Shown piece after piece: positions 11,325-23,176 of a stretch of DNA of 64,000 nt (within the stretch, counting starts at the first letter, position 1; the number at the start of each line of letters is the position of its first letter). Position numbers and translations under genes: made by a program. The stretch is taken from NCBI GenBank assembly GCA_963751345.1, contig CAVVUS010000037.1, forward strand, positions 32,001 through 96,000, in the 5' to 3' direction. Under the pieces are notes generated by a model. The model was not told the DNA's origin, did no database searches, and saw only the letters and a program-made list of their open reading frames with translations. Source of the DNA: an uncultured Chloroflexia bacterium. GTDB taxonomy: Bacteria > Chloroflexota > Anaerolineae > B4-G1 > SLSP01.

Positions 11325-12205
11325 TGGAAAAGTTCGCACCGCTGAATATGACACCAGACGAGATCGTCGACTACACGTACCTGTGGACCGGCGAACGCTT
11401 TGCCGACGGCCGGCCAAAGGTGCCGGACAGCTTGCTGGAGCGGGTGGCGCACGTCACCCTGACTCAAGCGTGGGGTGTACTGAGGAACGAGGGCTATCAT
11501 TGGCAGTACGAGGATGGCTTCGTCTGCACGCACCCAGGTGGTGTGCTTGTGGGGCGGGCCCTGACCGCGATGTACATGCCGCGGCGACCCGCGATGCGCA
11601 CGCTGATGGAGCAGAAAGGGGATCGGGCCGGGTGCATCGGCGACCAGATCTCCTGGCCCATCGATCTATTGGTGACGGGCGACGTCTACGTCGCCGACGT
11701 CTACGGCAAGCATGAGCAAGGGCCGATCATCGGCGACAACCTCTCCACGGCGATCTTCGCCAAGTCGGGCCGGGGCGTCGTGCACGACGCATCGGTGCGT
11801 GATATCGACGGCATCCGTGAGATCGAGGGCTTCGCCAGCTTCGTCCGTGGTTTTCACCCAACCTACGCCTCGCCCACTATTATGCTGGTCGGCGTGAATT
11901 GCCCCGTACGCATCGGACAGGTCACGGTGATGCCCGGCGATGTGGTCCTGGGCAAACACGAGGGCGTGATCTTCATCCCACCGCACCTGGTCGAGAAGGT
12001 CGTCGAGACGTCCGAGCTGATCCGGCTGCGAGATATGTTCGGAAAGCAGCGGCTCCGAGAGGGCAAGTACACGCCGGGTCAGATCGACACGCGCTGGGTC
12101 GACGAGATCGAGGCCGATTTCTCCCGGTGGCTGGAGAGTCACATCGAGCAGCTCCCCGTCCCCGCCGATGCAATCCAGAAGCTGCTCGAGGAACGCACGT
12201 GGTAG
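11324..12205 (+). CDS. RraA/HMG-aldolase family protein
   Basis: GERFADGRPKV, GDNLS, VRDIDG and TVMPGDVVLG motifs. ATG overlaps the upstream TAA. Confidence 0.85.
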   Translation: MEKFAPLNMTPDEIVDYTYLWTGERFADGRPKVPDSLLERVAHVTLTQAWGVLRNEGYHWQYEDGFVCTHPGGVLVGRALTAMYMPRRPAMRTLMEQKGDRAGCIGDQISWPIDLLVTGDVYVADVYGKHEQGPIIGDNLSTAIFAKSGRGVVHDASVRDIDGIREIEGFASFVRGFHPTYASPTIMLVGVNCPVRIGQVTVMPGDVVLGKHEGVIFIPPHLVEKVVETSELIRLRDMFGKQRLREGKYTPGQIDTRWVDEIEADFSRWLESHIEQLPVPADAIQKLLEERTW

Positions 12206-15200
12206 CTGGAGATCTGGTCAACCTCGCCGACTTCGCCCATCTACGATGGTGGGAAGGGGCCGCGCCCGGATTCGATCCGCGCCCACGCCGTGACCGCCGA
12301 TGCCTCAGGCATGCTCAGGCCGGTCCAGATGGGGGATGGGACCTGGCACCTCGGGCTGGAGTGGGATGAACCACGGGATGTGTCACGCGTCGTGGTCACT
12401 TACTCCGATATAGGTGCCCACCCGACCTGCAGGTCGAGTATTGGCAGGCCAACTGGCCGACCCCGGCACCGGAGCGGCGAACAGGCGCTCGGCGCGGCTG
12501 GATCGGGCGAGACGATCCATGGCACGGCCGGTGGATCAGGGCGCGTGGCGTAAGCGTGGTCGATGGAGAGACCTGCGCCTTCGTCTTTGATCCCGTGGAC
12601 GGGCCTGAGCTCCGCCCCTGGGTGAGCTGGGAGGCGCTGGAGGAAGCAGAGGACTATTTGGCGCGGTTCAGGCGGACGCTCAAAGTGCGACTGGTCAGCG
12701 GCGGATCGGATGAGCCTATCGTAGAGCATCTCGAGGTCACATCCGGAAGCCGCTGGCGAGAAGGGCAGATCAGGGCTGTCCTCGACCATCCACGGGATGT
12801 GGCCTCCCATCAGGCATTTTGGGTCGAATCCGCCAACGGCCGCATCGCTGCATCCAAAGAGGTGGGAGATAACGAGGTGCACGTCCGCGTGCTGTACGCC
12901 GGTAACGACGCAGCAAGCGCGGATCGCACCATCCTCACCATCGGCGGGCCGGTCCCCACCTTCTCATTCCTGGTCGGCGACCTGGATCGCGGGCCGATCT
13001 ATCTGCCCGACTACGGTGTGACGGTCACCTGGGCCGACGTTCCCGCTCTCTCTTACCGACCTCAGGCAGCGGATCTCCAACGCGCCCCGACCCATCTACG
13101 ATCGGGTCCTTGACGAACCCGAGCAGTCGCTGGCACGGGCGATGGCCGAGATTCCACCGCTCGATGTCGAGAAGCAGGATTCCTATATGGGCTTGGGGCG
13201 GTATCTTCCGCTGGGGATCGACGGAGGCCGGCAGGAGTTCGCCCTGCGGCATAACGGCGAGCTCTTCGTCGCCAAGTCGCAGCTCAAGTTATCCGGGCGG
13301 GACGCAGCGCGCCTGCTCTGGGCAGGTCAGCAGATGCGCTTCCGTTTCGGCACCGGGGATCCGCCTGACTTCCGCGAGGCAGATCACCGCACCGAGCAGA
13401 CACTGCTCGAGGGTTGGCTCCCCGTAGTGATCAGCCGGTGGATGGACCGCGAGATGGCCTTCGAGGAGACCACTTTCGCGACCCTGCTCGACAAACCCAT
13501 TCGAGGCTCCCGCGAACGGCGCGGGGACGAGGACGTCGTCGCGATGACCAGGTTTGCGATCCGCAATACCACGCAAGGGCGTAAGCGGGCGCACCTGTGG
13601 CTCAATATCCTGCCGCAGGAATCCCTTCTCCTTGAGGACGGGATGCTCGTTGCCGAAGGGCGCGTCGTTCCGGATGTCGCCGTGGCGCGCCAGTGGCGCG
13701 TGGCGCCCTATCCGGCCCCCCGATTTCGCTGCGCGTTCGCCTCGGGAGGACGTGGCACGGCGCAGATCGTGACGATGACCGATGACCCACAGGCATCACA
13801 CGCCATCCCGACGGGCCTGCTCTACAGCGTCGACCTGGAAGGTGGGGAGACCCACGAAGTGACGTTGGCCATCCCCTTTGCGACACCGGTCGAAGACGGG
13901 GACATCGCCGCGATCGAAGCTCTGAACTTCGATCGCGAGCTCGCCGACATCTGTGACTACTGGCGACGAACAGTGGCCTCGGGTGGGCAGATGGTCGTGC
14001 CCGAGCAGGTGCTTGCGGACTTTCACAAGGCAGCCCGCGTGCACGTCGGAATCACCGCCGACAAGGATCCGGTCAACGGCCTGACGGTCGTCCCGGCTGC
14101 CACCTGGTCGTATGGCGCCTGCGGGAACGAGGCGTGCTGGCAGATCTCGATGCTCGACCAGGCGGGTCACCACGATCAGGCAGAGGATTATCTGGAGAGC
14201 TTCATCCGAACCCAGGGCATCCACAGACCCGATGGGCGCTTCGCTTCCAGCGATGGCGCCCTGGTGGCGATGGATTTCGACGGTGGGCGGCCTGTGATGG
14301 GCGGCTTTGCCTACAATCTCGACCAGGGCTTTATCATGGAGTGTCTCGCCGATCACTACCGCTATAGCGGCGACCGTACGTGGCTGGACCGTGTGACCCC
14401 TGCCTTGATCGCAGCGTGCGACTTCGTGGCCCGCGAACGAGCGCGGACGAAACAGCACGACGCACACGGCAGCGCCATCGAAGCCTGGGGCTTGCTGCCG
14501 GCGGGACATCTCGAAGACAACCCGGAGTGGCGTCATTGGTTCGCGGTGAACGCGCACGCCTACGCGGGGCTACGCGCTATTGCCGACGTGCTCACCGAGA
14601 TCGCTCATCCCGCCGGGGCCCGACTCCGACAGGAAGCCGCCAGCTATCGCGAGGATATCCGCGCCGCAGCGAGGCGAGCCATGGCTCGGTCACCGGTCGT
14701 CCGGCTGCTCGACGGTTCCTACGTGCCTCACGTCCCCACCCGGACCGGAATCCGCGGACGTGAGTCGGGCTGGTTCCGCGAGGCAGCCTACGGACCACTC
14801 CATCTGCTGGAGGGCGGCGTCTTCGACCCCAACGAGGACGAGGTCACGTGGATCCTCAAAGACCTGGAGGACAACCTCTTCGTGAGCCGGGAATGGGGCC
14901 GCCCGGTCGACCTGGAGCGCACATTGGTTCAGCCACGGCGGCGTTAGCGATTCAGGCCAACCTGATGGATCTCTCCATTGACTACCTCCGGCGAGGTCAG
15001 GTGAAGCACGCCCTGCGGGCACTCTTCAACAATTTCGGCGCTTCCCTCTATCCGGACGTGCGGACCTTCACGGAGCATCCGGTCGTCGAACTCGGTCACG
15101 GCGTCGGCCCCTTTTACAAATCATCGGACGAGAGCAAAGCACTCATTTGGCTGCGCCACTGCCTGCTCCACGAGGAAGGAGCCGCCCTTCACCTCTGCAA

Positions 15201-15510
15201 GTGCGCGCCCAGAGCGTGGTTCGTGCCGGGACGATCGTTCGGCGCTCGAGATATGGCCACCTTCTTCGGACACATCTCGTACGATGTGACGTCGACGTCC
15301 GAGCGGACGCAGGTGAACCTCACGCGCGACATCCGCCACGCTCGCGCGGGTCGACTCGGGTCGATAGTGCTGTATCTCCGGCGACCAGATGGAGCTGCGC
15401 CGGTCGAAATCCGCGTGAACGGAGTCACCCTACCATTGACAGCCTACAATGGCGAGACAATCACTCTCGCCCACCCTGCAGAGAGTGCGGAAGTCGAGGC
15501 GATCTACTGA
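12199..15510 (+). CDS. Large (~1100 aa) hypothetical protein with probable (alpha/alpha)6 glycosidase/phosphorylase-like domain; about 5 disruptions
   Basis: Consecutive coding fragments 12199-, 12290-, 12556-, 13142- and 14848-. Contains LADHYRYSGDRTWL, GLLPAGHLED, NAHAYAGL and a C-terminal PRAWF..TFFGHISY beta-domain. Confidence 0.6.
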
Positions 15511-15533
15511 ACGCATGAGACTCGGCGACCGGT

Positions 15534-15562
15534 TTGACGCAGATGTGTTATTGGATTACAAT
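15534..15562 (+). promoter_or_regulatory. Sigma70-type promoter for the MFS-nagA operon
   Basis: TTGACG-17 nt-TACAAT, 38 nt before GTG 15601. Confidence 0.7.
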
Positions 15563-15600
15563 GCAACTCGTAATTCAATTACACACAACAGGAGAGAGCC

Positions 15601-16930
15601 GTGAGCGAGAAATCCGCAACCGGAGACCGGAACGTGGCCTCCGTCGATAATCGACCCTGGGCCGCGTCCTTCTTTACCATCTGGATCGGACAGGCGCTTT
15701 CATTAGTAGGCAGCCGGATGGGCGGGTTCGCTCTCGTCTGGTGGCTGACCCAGGCCTCGGGTGGTTCCGCGACGGTGCTCGCCACCTCGTCGCTGGTGGC
15801 GATGCTACCGGGCGTCTTTCTGGCCCCGATTGCCGGGGCGTTGACAGATCGTTGGTCCCGACGACGTGTGATGATCTTGGCCGACGGTGTTGTTGCGCTT
15901 TTCTCGGCCTGGCTCGGGATTATGGCCTGGATGGGCACGCTGCAACTCTGGCATATCTACTTCATCATGTTCGTCCGAGCTCTGGGCGGGACCTTCCACT
16001 ACACTGCGATGCAGGCAGCCACCTCTCTCATGGTGCCTAGAGACCAGTTGGCCCGTGTCTCCGGGATGAACCAGACGCTCCAGGGCGTGATGACCGTCCT
16101 TACCCCACCCCTAGGGGCATTGGCGATGAGCGTGATGCCATTGCAAGCGATTATGGGAATCGATGTGGTCACCGCCGCCTTTGCCATCGGCCCCCTCTTC
16201 TTTGTTCATGTCATAGAACCGGCGCGCCGCCCGGAGACGGCGGGTGCAGGCCTCGTCCGAGGGCTGGCGCGAGATATCCGTGAGGGTTTCTCCTATATCT
16301 GGCATTGGCAGGGCATGTTCATCGTGCTGGTGGTCGCCGCGCTGCTCAATGGCATCATCAACCCGGCGTTTTCCCTGATGCCCATCCTGATCAGGAACCA
16401 CTTTGGTGGTGGTGTTCTGCAGTTGGGGTGGGCAGAGTCAGCCTGGGGCATCGGCTTGATCGCCGGCGGCCTGACGCTCAGCATCTGGGGAGGTTTCAAG
16501 CGCAAGAATCATGACCTCCTTGCTGGGGTTGATCGTGGCCGGCTTCAGCTTCGTCGCCGTCGGGTTCGTCCCATCCACGGGCCTTAACATGGCTCTGGGC
16601 GCGCTATTTGTGGCAGGACTCTCAAATCCCATCATCAACGGCCCCTTCTTCGCCATTCTCCAATCCGTCGTAGCTCCTGAGAAGCAAGGGCGCGTCTTCA
16701 CTACCGTCCAAAGCCTCGCAAGTCTGGCCTCGCCGGTAGGAATGGCCATCTCAGGTCCGTTGGCCGACGCCTTCGGCGTACAGGTATGGTTCATCATTGG
16801 CGGCATCGTTAGCCTCGCAATGGGCATTGGGCTCCGGGCCTTCCCCTCGGTAATGCAACTCGAGGGCCACGGCAAGGAGCACCCGTTCATAGAGGCCGTC
16901 CCGGTAGGTCGAGGTCGCGGTCCAGAATAG
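15601..16930 (+). CDS. MFS transporter (DHA3/MefA-like); frameshift near 16510
   Basis: FFTIWIGQALS, GALTDRWSRRRVMILAD and VAPEKQGRVF. About 12 TM segments over two frames. Confidence 0.85.
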
Positions 16931-16942
16931 GAGAAAACTTAT

Positions 16943-18159
16943 ATGACCGTTGCCCTCTCTGGCGCCAAAGTCGTCACGCCGCTCGAAGTGATCCAGCCCG
17001 GCCTCGTCGTGATCGCCGGCGACGGCACGATCGCCTACGTCGGGCCTCCGGAGAATGCACCCCGTCCACTGACGATAGAGAACGCTCGCAAGCTTCCGGA
17101 CCTTGCGAGCGCGGGATCGTGGTGGCACCGGGGTTCATCGACATTCACACCCACGGCGGTGATGGCGTCACCTTTGGCCAGGGCGACGATTTACAGGGAG
17201 ACTTACGAACCTACACCGGCTGGGTAGCCTCAACCGGCGTGACGGGGTTCCTCTGCAGCGTCGCCGCGCCCGATCCGGCGGCGCTCCAGGCGCTCGTCCG
17301 CTCCTACGTAGAGCTATTCGAACAGGCGACGTTTACCGGCGCCCGGCCGCTGGGGCTCCATCTGGAAGGCCCCTACCTGAACCCCGAGAAAAAGGGGGCG
17401 TTCAACGAAGCATGGCTCCGGCGCCCATTGATCGACGAGGTTCGCGAGCTTCTGGAGGCCGGGCAGGGCTGGATTCGCCAGATGACGTTGGCGCCCGAGC
17501 TGCCGCAGGCCACCGAGGTGGCGGGCTTGTTGCGGAGCGCCGGGGTCGTCGCCGCGCTGGGGCACTCCAATGCCGACTACGCCACGGCGGCGGCAGCACT
17601 GGCCCACGACTTCACGCACGTCACGCACACATTCAACGCCCAACGAGGATTCCACCACCGGGAGCCGGGCGTCCTCGGCGCCGTGCTGAGCTCCGACCGC
17701 GTCACGGCGGAGCTCATCGCCGACACCGTCCACGTCCACCCCGGGGCAATGAAGGTGATGGTGCGCTGCCTTGGATCGGATCGCGTCGTCCTCATCACGG
17801 ACGCTATGGCTGCGGCGGGTCTTGGCGACGGTGAATACGAGCTGGTGGGGGAACAGGTGTTCGTCAGGGACGGGGTTGCGCGGCAGGCCGGCGGGACGAT
17901 CGCCGGCAGCACCGCGACGCTGAACCGGTGCGTCCGCAACATGGTCGAGGCGGTCGGGGTCCCCCTGCCGGATGCCGTCAAGATGGCAACGCTGAACCCG
18001 GCGCGCGTCCTCCACATGGACAACCACCAGGGCGTTCTGGCCCCCGGTCGAGAGGCCACGCTCACCGTTTTGGACCCCGACTTCAACGTGATGATGACGA
18101 TGGTGCGAGGCCAAGTCGTCTACAGAAAGACCACTGGAGAAATGTGTGATCAGCTATGA
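16943..18159 (+). CDS. nagA: N-acetylglucosamine-6-phosphate deacetylase; frameshift near 17110
   Basis: [54 protein letters not shown] and ATLNPA motifs. Confidence 0.92.
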
Positions 18160-19211
18160 GCCTTAAGGAAGAGATCTTTGAGCAGCCCACCGTCGTTCGG
18201 CGATTGATCGAGACCCAGTGGTCCACGGTCAAGTCGATTGCCGATCGGATCAAACAGATGCAGGCCTCCGCCTCCCCCATCGATTACGTCTTCCTGACGG
18301 CGCGTGGCACCTCCGACCACGCAGGCCTATACGCCAAGTACCTCTGGGGCGCCTACAACAGGCTGCCGATCGCGCTTGCTGCGCCGTCGCATTTCAGCAT
18401 CTACCACCGCCCGCCCCGCCTCAACCATGCTCTTGTCGTCGGGATTTCCCAGTCGGGTCAGTCACCGGACATCGTCAGCGTATTGGCCGAGGCCCGGCGC
18501 CAGGGGGCGCCGACACTGTCGATTACAAACGCACCGGACTCCCCCCTGGCCGAGGTCAGCGACTGGGTGATCGACACCGGCGCGGGGCCTGAGGTGGCTG
18601 TTGCGGCGACCAAAACGTATACAGCGCAACTCGCCGCTATTGCCCTGCTCTCGGTCGCGCTCGACGACGCGAACGGCGAGCGACGTGAAGCCCTCGACCA
18701 AGTGACCCGCTAGATGACGTGGGTTCTCGAGGCCGACGACCAAATCCAGCGCATTGCCGAACGATATCGCTATATGAACCAGTGTGTGGTTCTGGGCCGA
18801 GGCTACAACTATGCAACGGCCTACGAGTGGGCGCTCAAGTTGAAGGAGCTTACCTACGTCGTCACCGCCCCCTACTCCTCGGCGGATTTCCAGCACGGAC
18901 CGATCGCGATGGTCGCCCAGGGGTTCCCTGTCTTTGCCGTGATGCCAGACGGAGAGGTCTTCGGTGATCTCATGGAACTCGTCACCACACTGAAGACCGC
19001 CTACAAGGTCGAGCTGCTCGTGATCTCCAATCACGACCGAGCGTTGGCCCTCGCCGATCGCGCCATCCCGCTGCCCGATGGTCTTCCCGAGTGGCTGAGC
19101 CCGCTCGTGGCCATCGTGCCGGGCCAGCTCTTCTGCTATCACCTGACCCGGGCCAAAGGATTCGACACCGAGAATCCGCGGATGCTGAGCAAGGTGACGA
19201 GGACGGAGTGA
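18156..19211 (+). CDS. Double-SIS-domain glucosamine-6-phosphate deaminase/isomerase (NagB-II-like); in-frame TAG at 18711-18713
   Basis: [35 protein letters not shown], then in the same frame [23 protein letters not shown]. Confidence 0.88.
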
Positions 19212-19255
19212 GCAAATCGGCGAGTCCGCGAATGTAAGAAGGGAGAGTCAGTGAT

Positions 19256-20489
19256 ATGACCGAACCGAAAATGTCCGATTCCCGTTCTTTCCCTCCACGC
19301 GGGCACTTCGGCGAGGAGGAGAAAGCAGCGGTTGACGCCTTGCTCGATGAGGCCATCGAAACCGGCACCGCGCCAGGCTACAACGGTCGCGAGGAGGAGT
19401 CCTATTGTGCCGAGTTCTCGACCTTCCTGGGCGGGGGCTTCACCGATGCCGTGAGCTCCGGCACCGCCGGCATCTACGTGGCACTGCGGGCATTGGATCT
19501 CGAACCCCTCTCCGAGGTTATCGTCGGGGCGATGACCGATCCGGGTGGCCTGATGCCCATTCCACTTCTGAACCTGATCCCGATGATCGCCGACACGGCG
19601 CCGGGATCCTACAACACGGGGCCCGAGGAGATCGAGGCACTCCTCTCCCCCAGGACCGGCGCCATCGTGGTGCCGCACATCGCGGGAGAGCCGGCGGATA
19701 TCGCGGGCATCATGGAGATCGCAAAGCCTCGCGGCATCCCGGTCATTGAGGATTGCTCGCAGTCGCACGGCGCCCTGCTCCACGGACGTCACGTCGGCAC
19801 GTTTGGCGACATTGGCGTCTTTTCGACGATGTTCGGCAAGCACCACAGTTCCGGGGGACAGGGCGGCCTGGTCTTCACCCGTGACGAGACGCTCTACCAC
19901 ACGATCCGTCGTGCCTCGGATCGTGGCAAGCCCTTCTTCCTACCGGAGGGCTCGACCAACACCATCGCGTCGCTCAACCTCAACCTCAACGACCTGGCTG
20001 CAGCCATCGGCCGGGTGCAGCTACGCAAGCTGCCGCAGATCATCGAGCGGCGACGGGACATCGCCGCGAAGCTGGCGGATGGCGTCCGAGACCTCGCCTG
20101 CGTCTCCATCCCAGACCCTATCGAGGGCGCCGAGCCCAGCTACTGGTTCTTGCGCATGAGATTCCACCCGGAGGCCGCGACCGTCGAGCAAGGCTGAGTT
20201 CTGTCGTGCGCTGACTGAGGCGGGCCTGCCCGTGATGGTCGATTACTCGGGCGCGATGCCCCACACGATGGACTGGTTCGTCCATCGCCGGGTCTTTGGC
20301 CACAGCGGCTATCCCTGGTCCAACCCGGACTACAAGGGCGACCCCGACCGCCAATTCCCCTGTCCCAACGCGCACGCAGCCATCGCGTCGCACTTCAACC
20401 TGATGATCCACGAAGGCTGGAGCGACCAAGATATCGAGGATGTGCTGGCAATCCTTAGGGGCGCCAATGCAGCGCTGCAACGCGCGTAG
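19256..20489 (+). CDS. DegT/DnrJ/EryC1/StrS PLP aminotransferase; frameshift near 20190
   Basis: SSGTAG, VIEDCSQSHGA, GTFGDIGVFS..K and AAIGRVQL. C-terminus continues in ORF 20232-20489. Confidence 0.85.
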
Positions 20490-20504
20490 AGCCTGGCCTT
20501 TCTC

Positions 20505-21237
20505 TTAAGTGATCAAATCGCTTGGGAGGAAGTCCATGCGGTTGAGATACATCAAGACGCGTTGGTCGCCATCAAACGCGATATGCGTGATGGACACGTT
20601 GTTTGCTGCGAACCACACAGCATCGACCGACTCCTCCGGATCTCTCTCAGGGAGGGCAAAGAGCAGCGCGGAGAAGGTAGTTGAAGAACCCTCCGTGGCT
20701 GACAAACGCCACACCGTCATCGCTCTCCCCGTGCTTCTGCAGCAGTTCCGCCAGAACCCTGCGCGCCCGAGGGGCACGATCCTCTTTGGGCTCAAAGGGA
20801 CGGTTCCACCACCCTGCATCGGTCACCTCGTCCGGAAGGATAAGCCGCGGGTAGTGTGCCAATAGGTAGCTGCGTCCACGCCCAGGCTTAGGCGTGTGGG
20901 TATCGGTCTCCTCATCGTAGAGGAACATTCCGCCGGTCTCGTGTATATCAACCCAACCCAGCAGCGGCAGATCCAGGGCCTCTGCAATCCTGTGCCCCGT
21001 CGCCACGGCCCTCTCCATCAAGCTGGTGTAGATGTGGGTGATATGAAAGCCCTGGACATCGGCCCCGGCGAACGTGCCCACCGAGTCCGGCGCAGCCAGG
21101 AAGGAGGCAACGTGCTCAGCTTGCAGCTCTCCAGCAGCGGTTAGCGCCGGGTCCGCGACGCGTCCATCATATGAGGAGCTCTGCGCCCAACGCAGGTTGT
21201 TCTCAGATTGTCCATGTCGTATGAAGTAGAAGTGCAT
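20505..21237 (-). CDS. Histidine phosphatase (phosphoglycerate mutase family); frameshift near 20660
   Basis: FIRHGQSENN, YTSLMERA and FVSHGGF. C-terminal NVSITHI..YLNRMDFL lies in another frame. Confidence 0.85.
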
Positions 21238-21498
21238 AATTCTCCTGATCAGGGTACCTACGTTTGGCCAAGTTGGAGGCGATTCGATCGCGCATGCGAC
21301 ACGAAACCACTATCCCAGGGGCAAGGATACCAGGAAAGCAGCTAAGGGAAACGAGGGCTGGCCCACCCTCGACATGACCCAGAGTGCACCGGTGATATAC
21401 TGAAACTGGTCGGTGTGCGAACCCGCGTAGATAGGCGCGAGGGCTCGGTCCGGTCCATAGACTGAACGCCGATTCTCATATTCGGATTGAAGGTGCAA

Positions 21499-22196
21499 AT
21501 GCGAGACACACAACTCATCCTCATCGAGGGACCACCCGGCTCGGGAAAGACGACAACAGCTCAGAAACTTGCCGTAGAGATCTCGAACCTCGGGCAACCG
21601 TGCCGGTGTTTTGTCGAATGGGGGACTGATAACCCTATTGCGATCGGTGACGACCTGCATCTAGGCGAGGTCATTGCTTCGTCGGTGATCCGCGAGGACG
21701 CCGTACTCCAACAGTGGCGAGCATTCGTGCAAGAGAGACAGATAGACCACTCCGTAACGGTCATGGAGAGCCGGTTTTGGCAAACCAGCGTTATGCTGAT
21801 GTATATCGCCGGACATCCCATAGAGGATGTCTGGTCAGTAACCAGCGTGTCGTGGATGTCATTCAGATACTCAAGCCCGTGCTGATCTACTTCGCAATCG
21901 ATGACCAAAGCGCCTTTGCAGCACGGACGATCCAGCTCAAGGAGGAGGAGTGGCAGCGGGGGCGATTTCCCGGGACTTGGGCGCAGCATCTCTACGAGGC
22001 CTTCGACTCACGGCCATGGTTTGCAGATCGTGGCTTGGCCGGCTTGCCCGGGATGCTCGCTTTCCTGGAGGAATGGGCCACGGTTGCCGAAGGCCTTTAC
22101 GATAGAGCGCCGTTCCCCAAGGTCAAGATCCATAACCCCCATTTGGATTGGGCCTCGGCTATGCAGCAGATGCGGTGCTTTCTGGATCTGACCTGA
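21499..22196 (+). CDS. P-loop NMP-kinase-like protein; frameshift near 21830
   Basis: LILIEGPPGSGKTT Walker A. Continues in ORF 21714-22196. Confidence 0.7.
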
Positions 22197-22262
22197 CTTC
22201 TGTGAAAGTGAGGTGAACCGCGGCATCCTTGAGCCTTTATCTCTCAAGTAGGGGAGGTTGAA

Positions 22263-23057
22263 ATGAAAGTCCTGATGATGACCGATCTGGAAGGCGTTGC
22301 CGGGGTTGTGACGTTTGAGCAGGACTCGTATCCCACCGGTCAATACTATGAGACGGCCAAGCGCTTGCTGACCGCGGAGGTCAATGCCGCCGTCGACGGC
22401 TTGATGGAGGCCGGGGCAGAGGAGGTCTTGGTGCTGGATATGCACGGTCCGGGTGGCATCTGGTTTGAGGACCTGCATCCACAGGCGAAGCTGATGCACG
22501 GACGGCCTTTGGCCCCGCAGGCAGTCCGCGACGCCGTCTACAGAACCTACGACGTCTCCGTCATCGTGGGCCAGCACGCGATGGCGGGCGTCGCGGATGG
22601 TGATCTCGCGCACACGCAGAGCAGCCGCCACATCGACCGCTACACACTGAACGGCAAGCCAATCGGAGAGATTGCCCAATGGGTACTCTACTGCGGCGCG
22701 CTCGATCTCCCCGTGATCTTCCTCTCGGGCGACCACGCCGCCTGTCAGGAGATCGAGGAGCTGATCCCGGGTGTCACGACGGCCGCGGTCAAGCACGGGT
22801 TGAGCCGGACTTCGGCAATCACGCTGTCAAAGGAGGCATCCCGCGACCTCATCCGGGCACGCAGCCGCGTGGCCCTGGAGAAACAGCGGGAGGCGCCCAT
22901 CCCACCGCTGATCTGGGACCCGCCGTACGTGTTGGAGAAACGCTACTTCCACACGGACACAGCCGACGCAGCAGCAGCGCACCCGGATGTCGAACGCGTC
23001 GACGGTCAGACGGTCAGGCTCCGGAGCGACAGCATTCTCGATCTGATCTACAGATAG
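22263..23057 (+). CDS. M55 family D-aminopeptidase (DppA-like)
   Basis: TDLEGVAGV, EVNAAV, DMHG, GQHAMAG, LAHT, GE and LSGD motifs. Confidence 0.9.
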   Translation: MKVLMMTDLEGVAGVVTFEQDSYPTGQYYETAKRLLTAEVNAAVDGLMEAGAEEVLVLDMHGPGGIWFEDLHPQAKLMHGRPLAPQAVRDAVYRTYDVSVIVGQHAMAGVADGDLAHTQSSRHIDRYTLNGKPIGEIAQWVLYCGALDLPVIFLSGDHAACQEIEELIPGVTTAAVKHGLSRTSAITLSKEASRDLIRARSRVALEKQREAPIPPLIWDPPYVLEKRYFHTDTADAAAAHPDVERVDGQTVRLRSDSILDLIYR

Positions 23058-23063
23058 CTAGTA

Positions 23064-23103
23064 GGCTCCCTCCCCTTCCGGGGGAGGACTGGGAGGGGGA
23101 GCC
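23064..23103. repeat. REP-like GC-rich imperfect palindrome between convergent genes
   Basis: ggctccctccccttccgggggaggactgggagggggagcc: outer stem ggctccc/gggagcc and inner ctcccc/ggggag hairpin. Confidence 0.45.
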
Positions 23104-23176
23104 CTGCGGCAGGCAGTGCCGCCCGTCCGCGGAGCCCCCCCTTTGCGTATCTCCCGCCGGTGGCAGAGCTAAGAGC

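Noticed and set aside
10194-11417. Long antisense ORFs (this one, 51127-52281, 37321-38331 and similar)
   Set aside because: Expected shadows of high-GC coding genes, with no recognisable motifs.
18711-18713. In-frame TAG in the SIS gene as possible pyrrolysine or readthrough site
   Set aside because: It lies in a non-catalytic linker and is one substitution from TGG. No pyl genes are in the window, TAG is a normal stop for many genes here, and a similar isolated TAA occurs near 48673.
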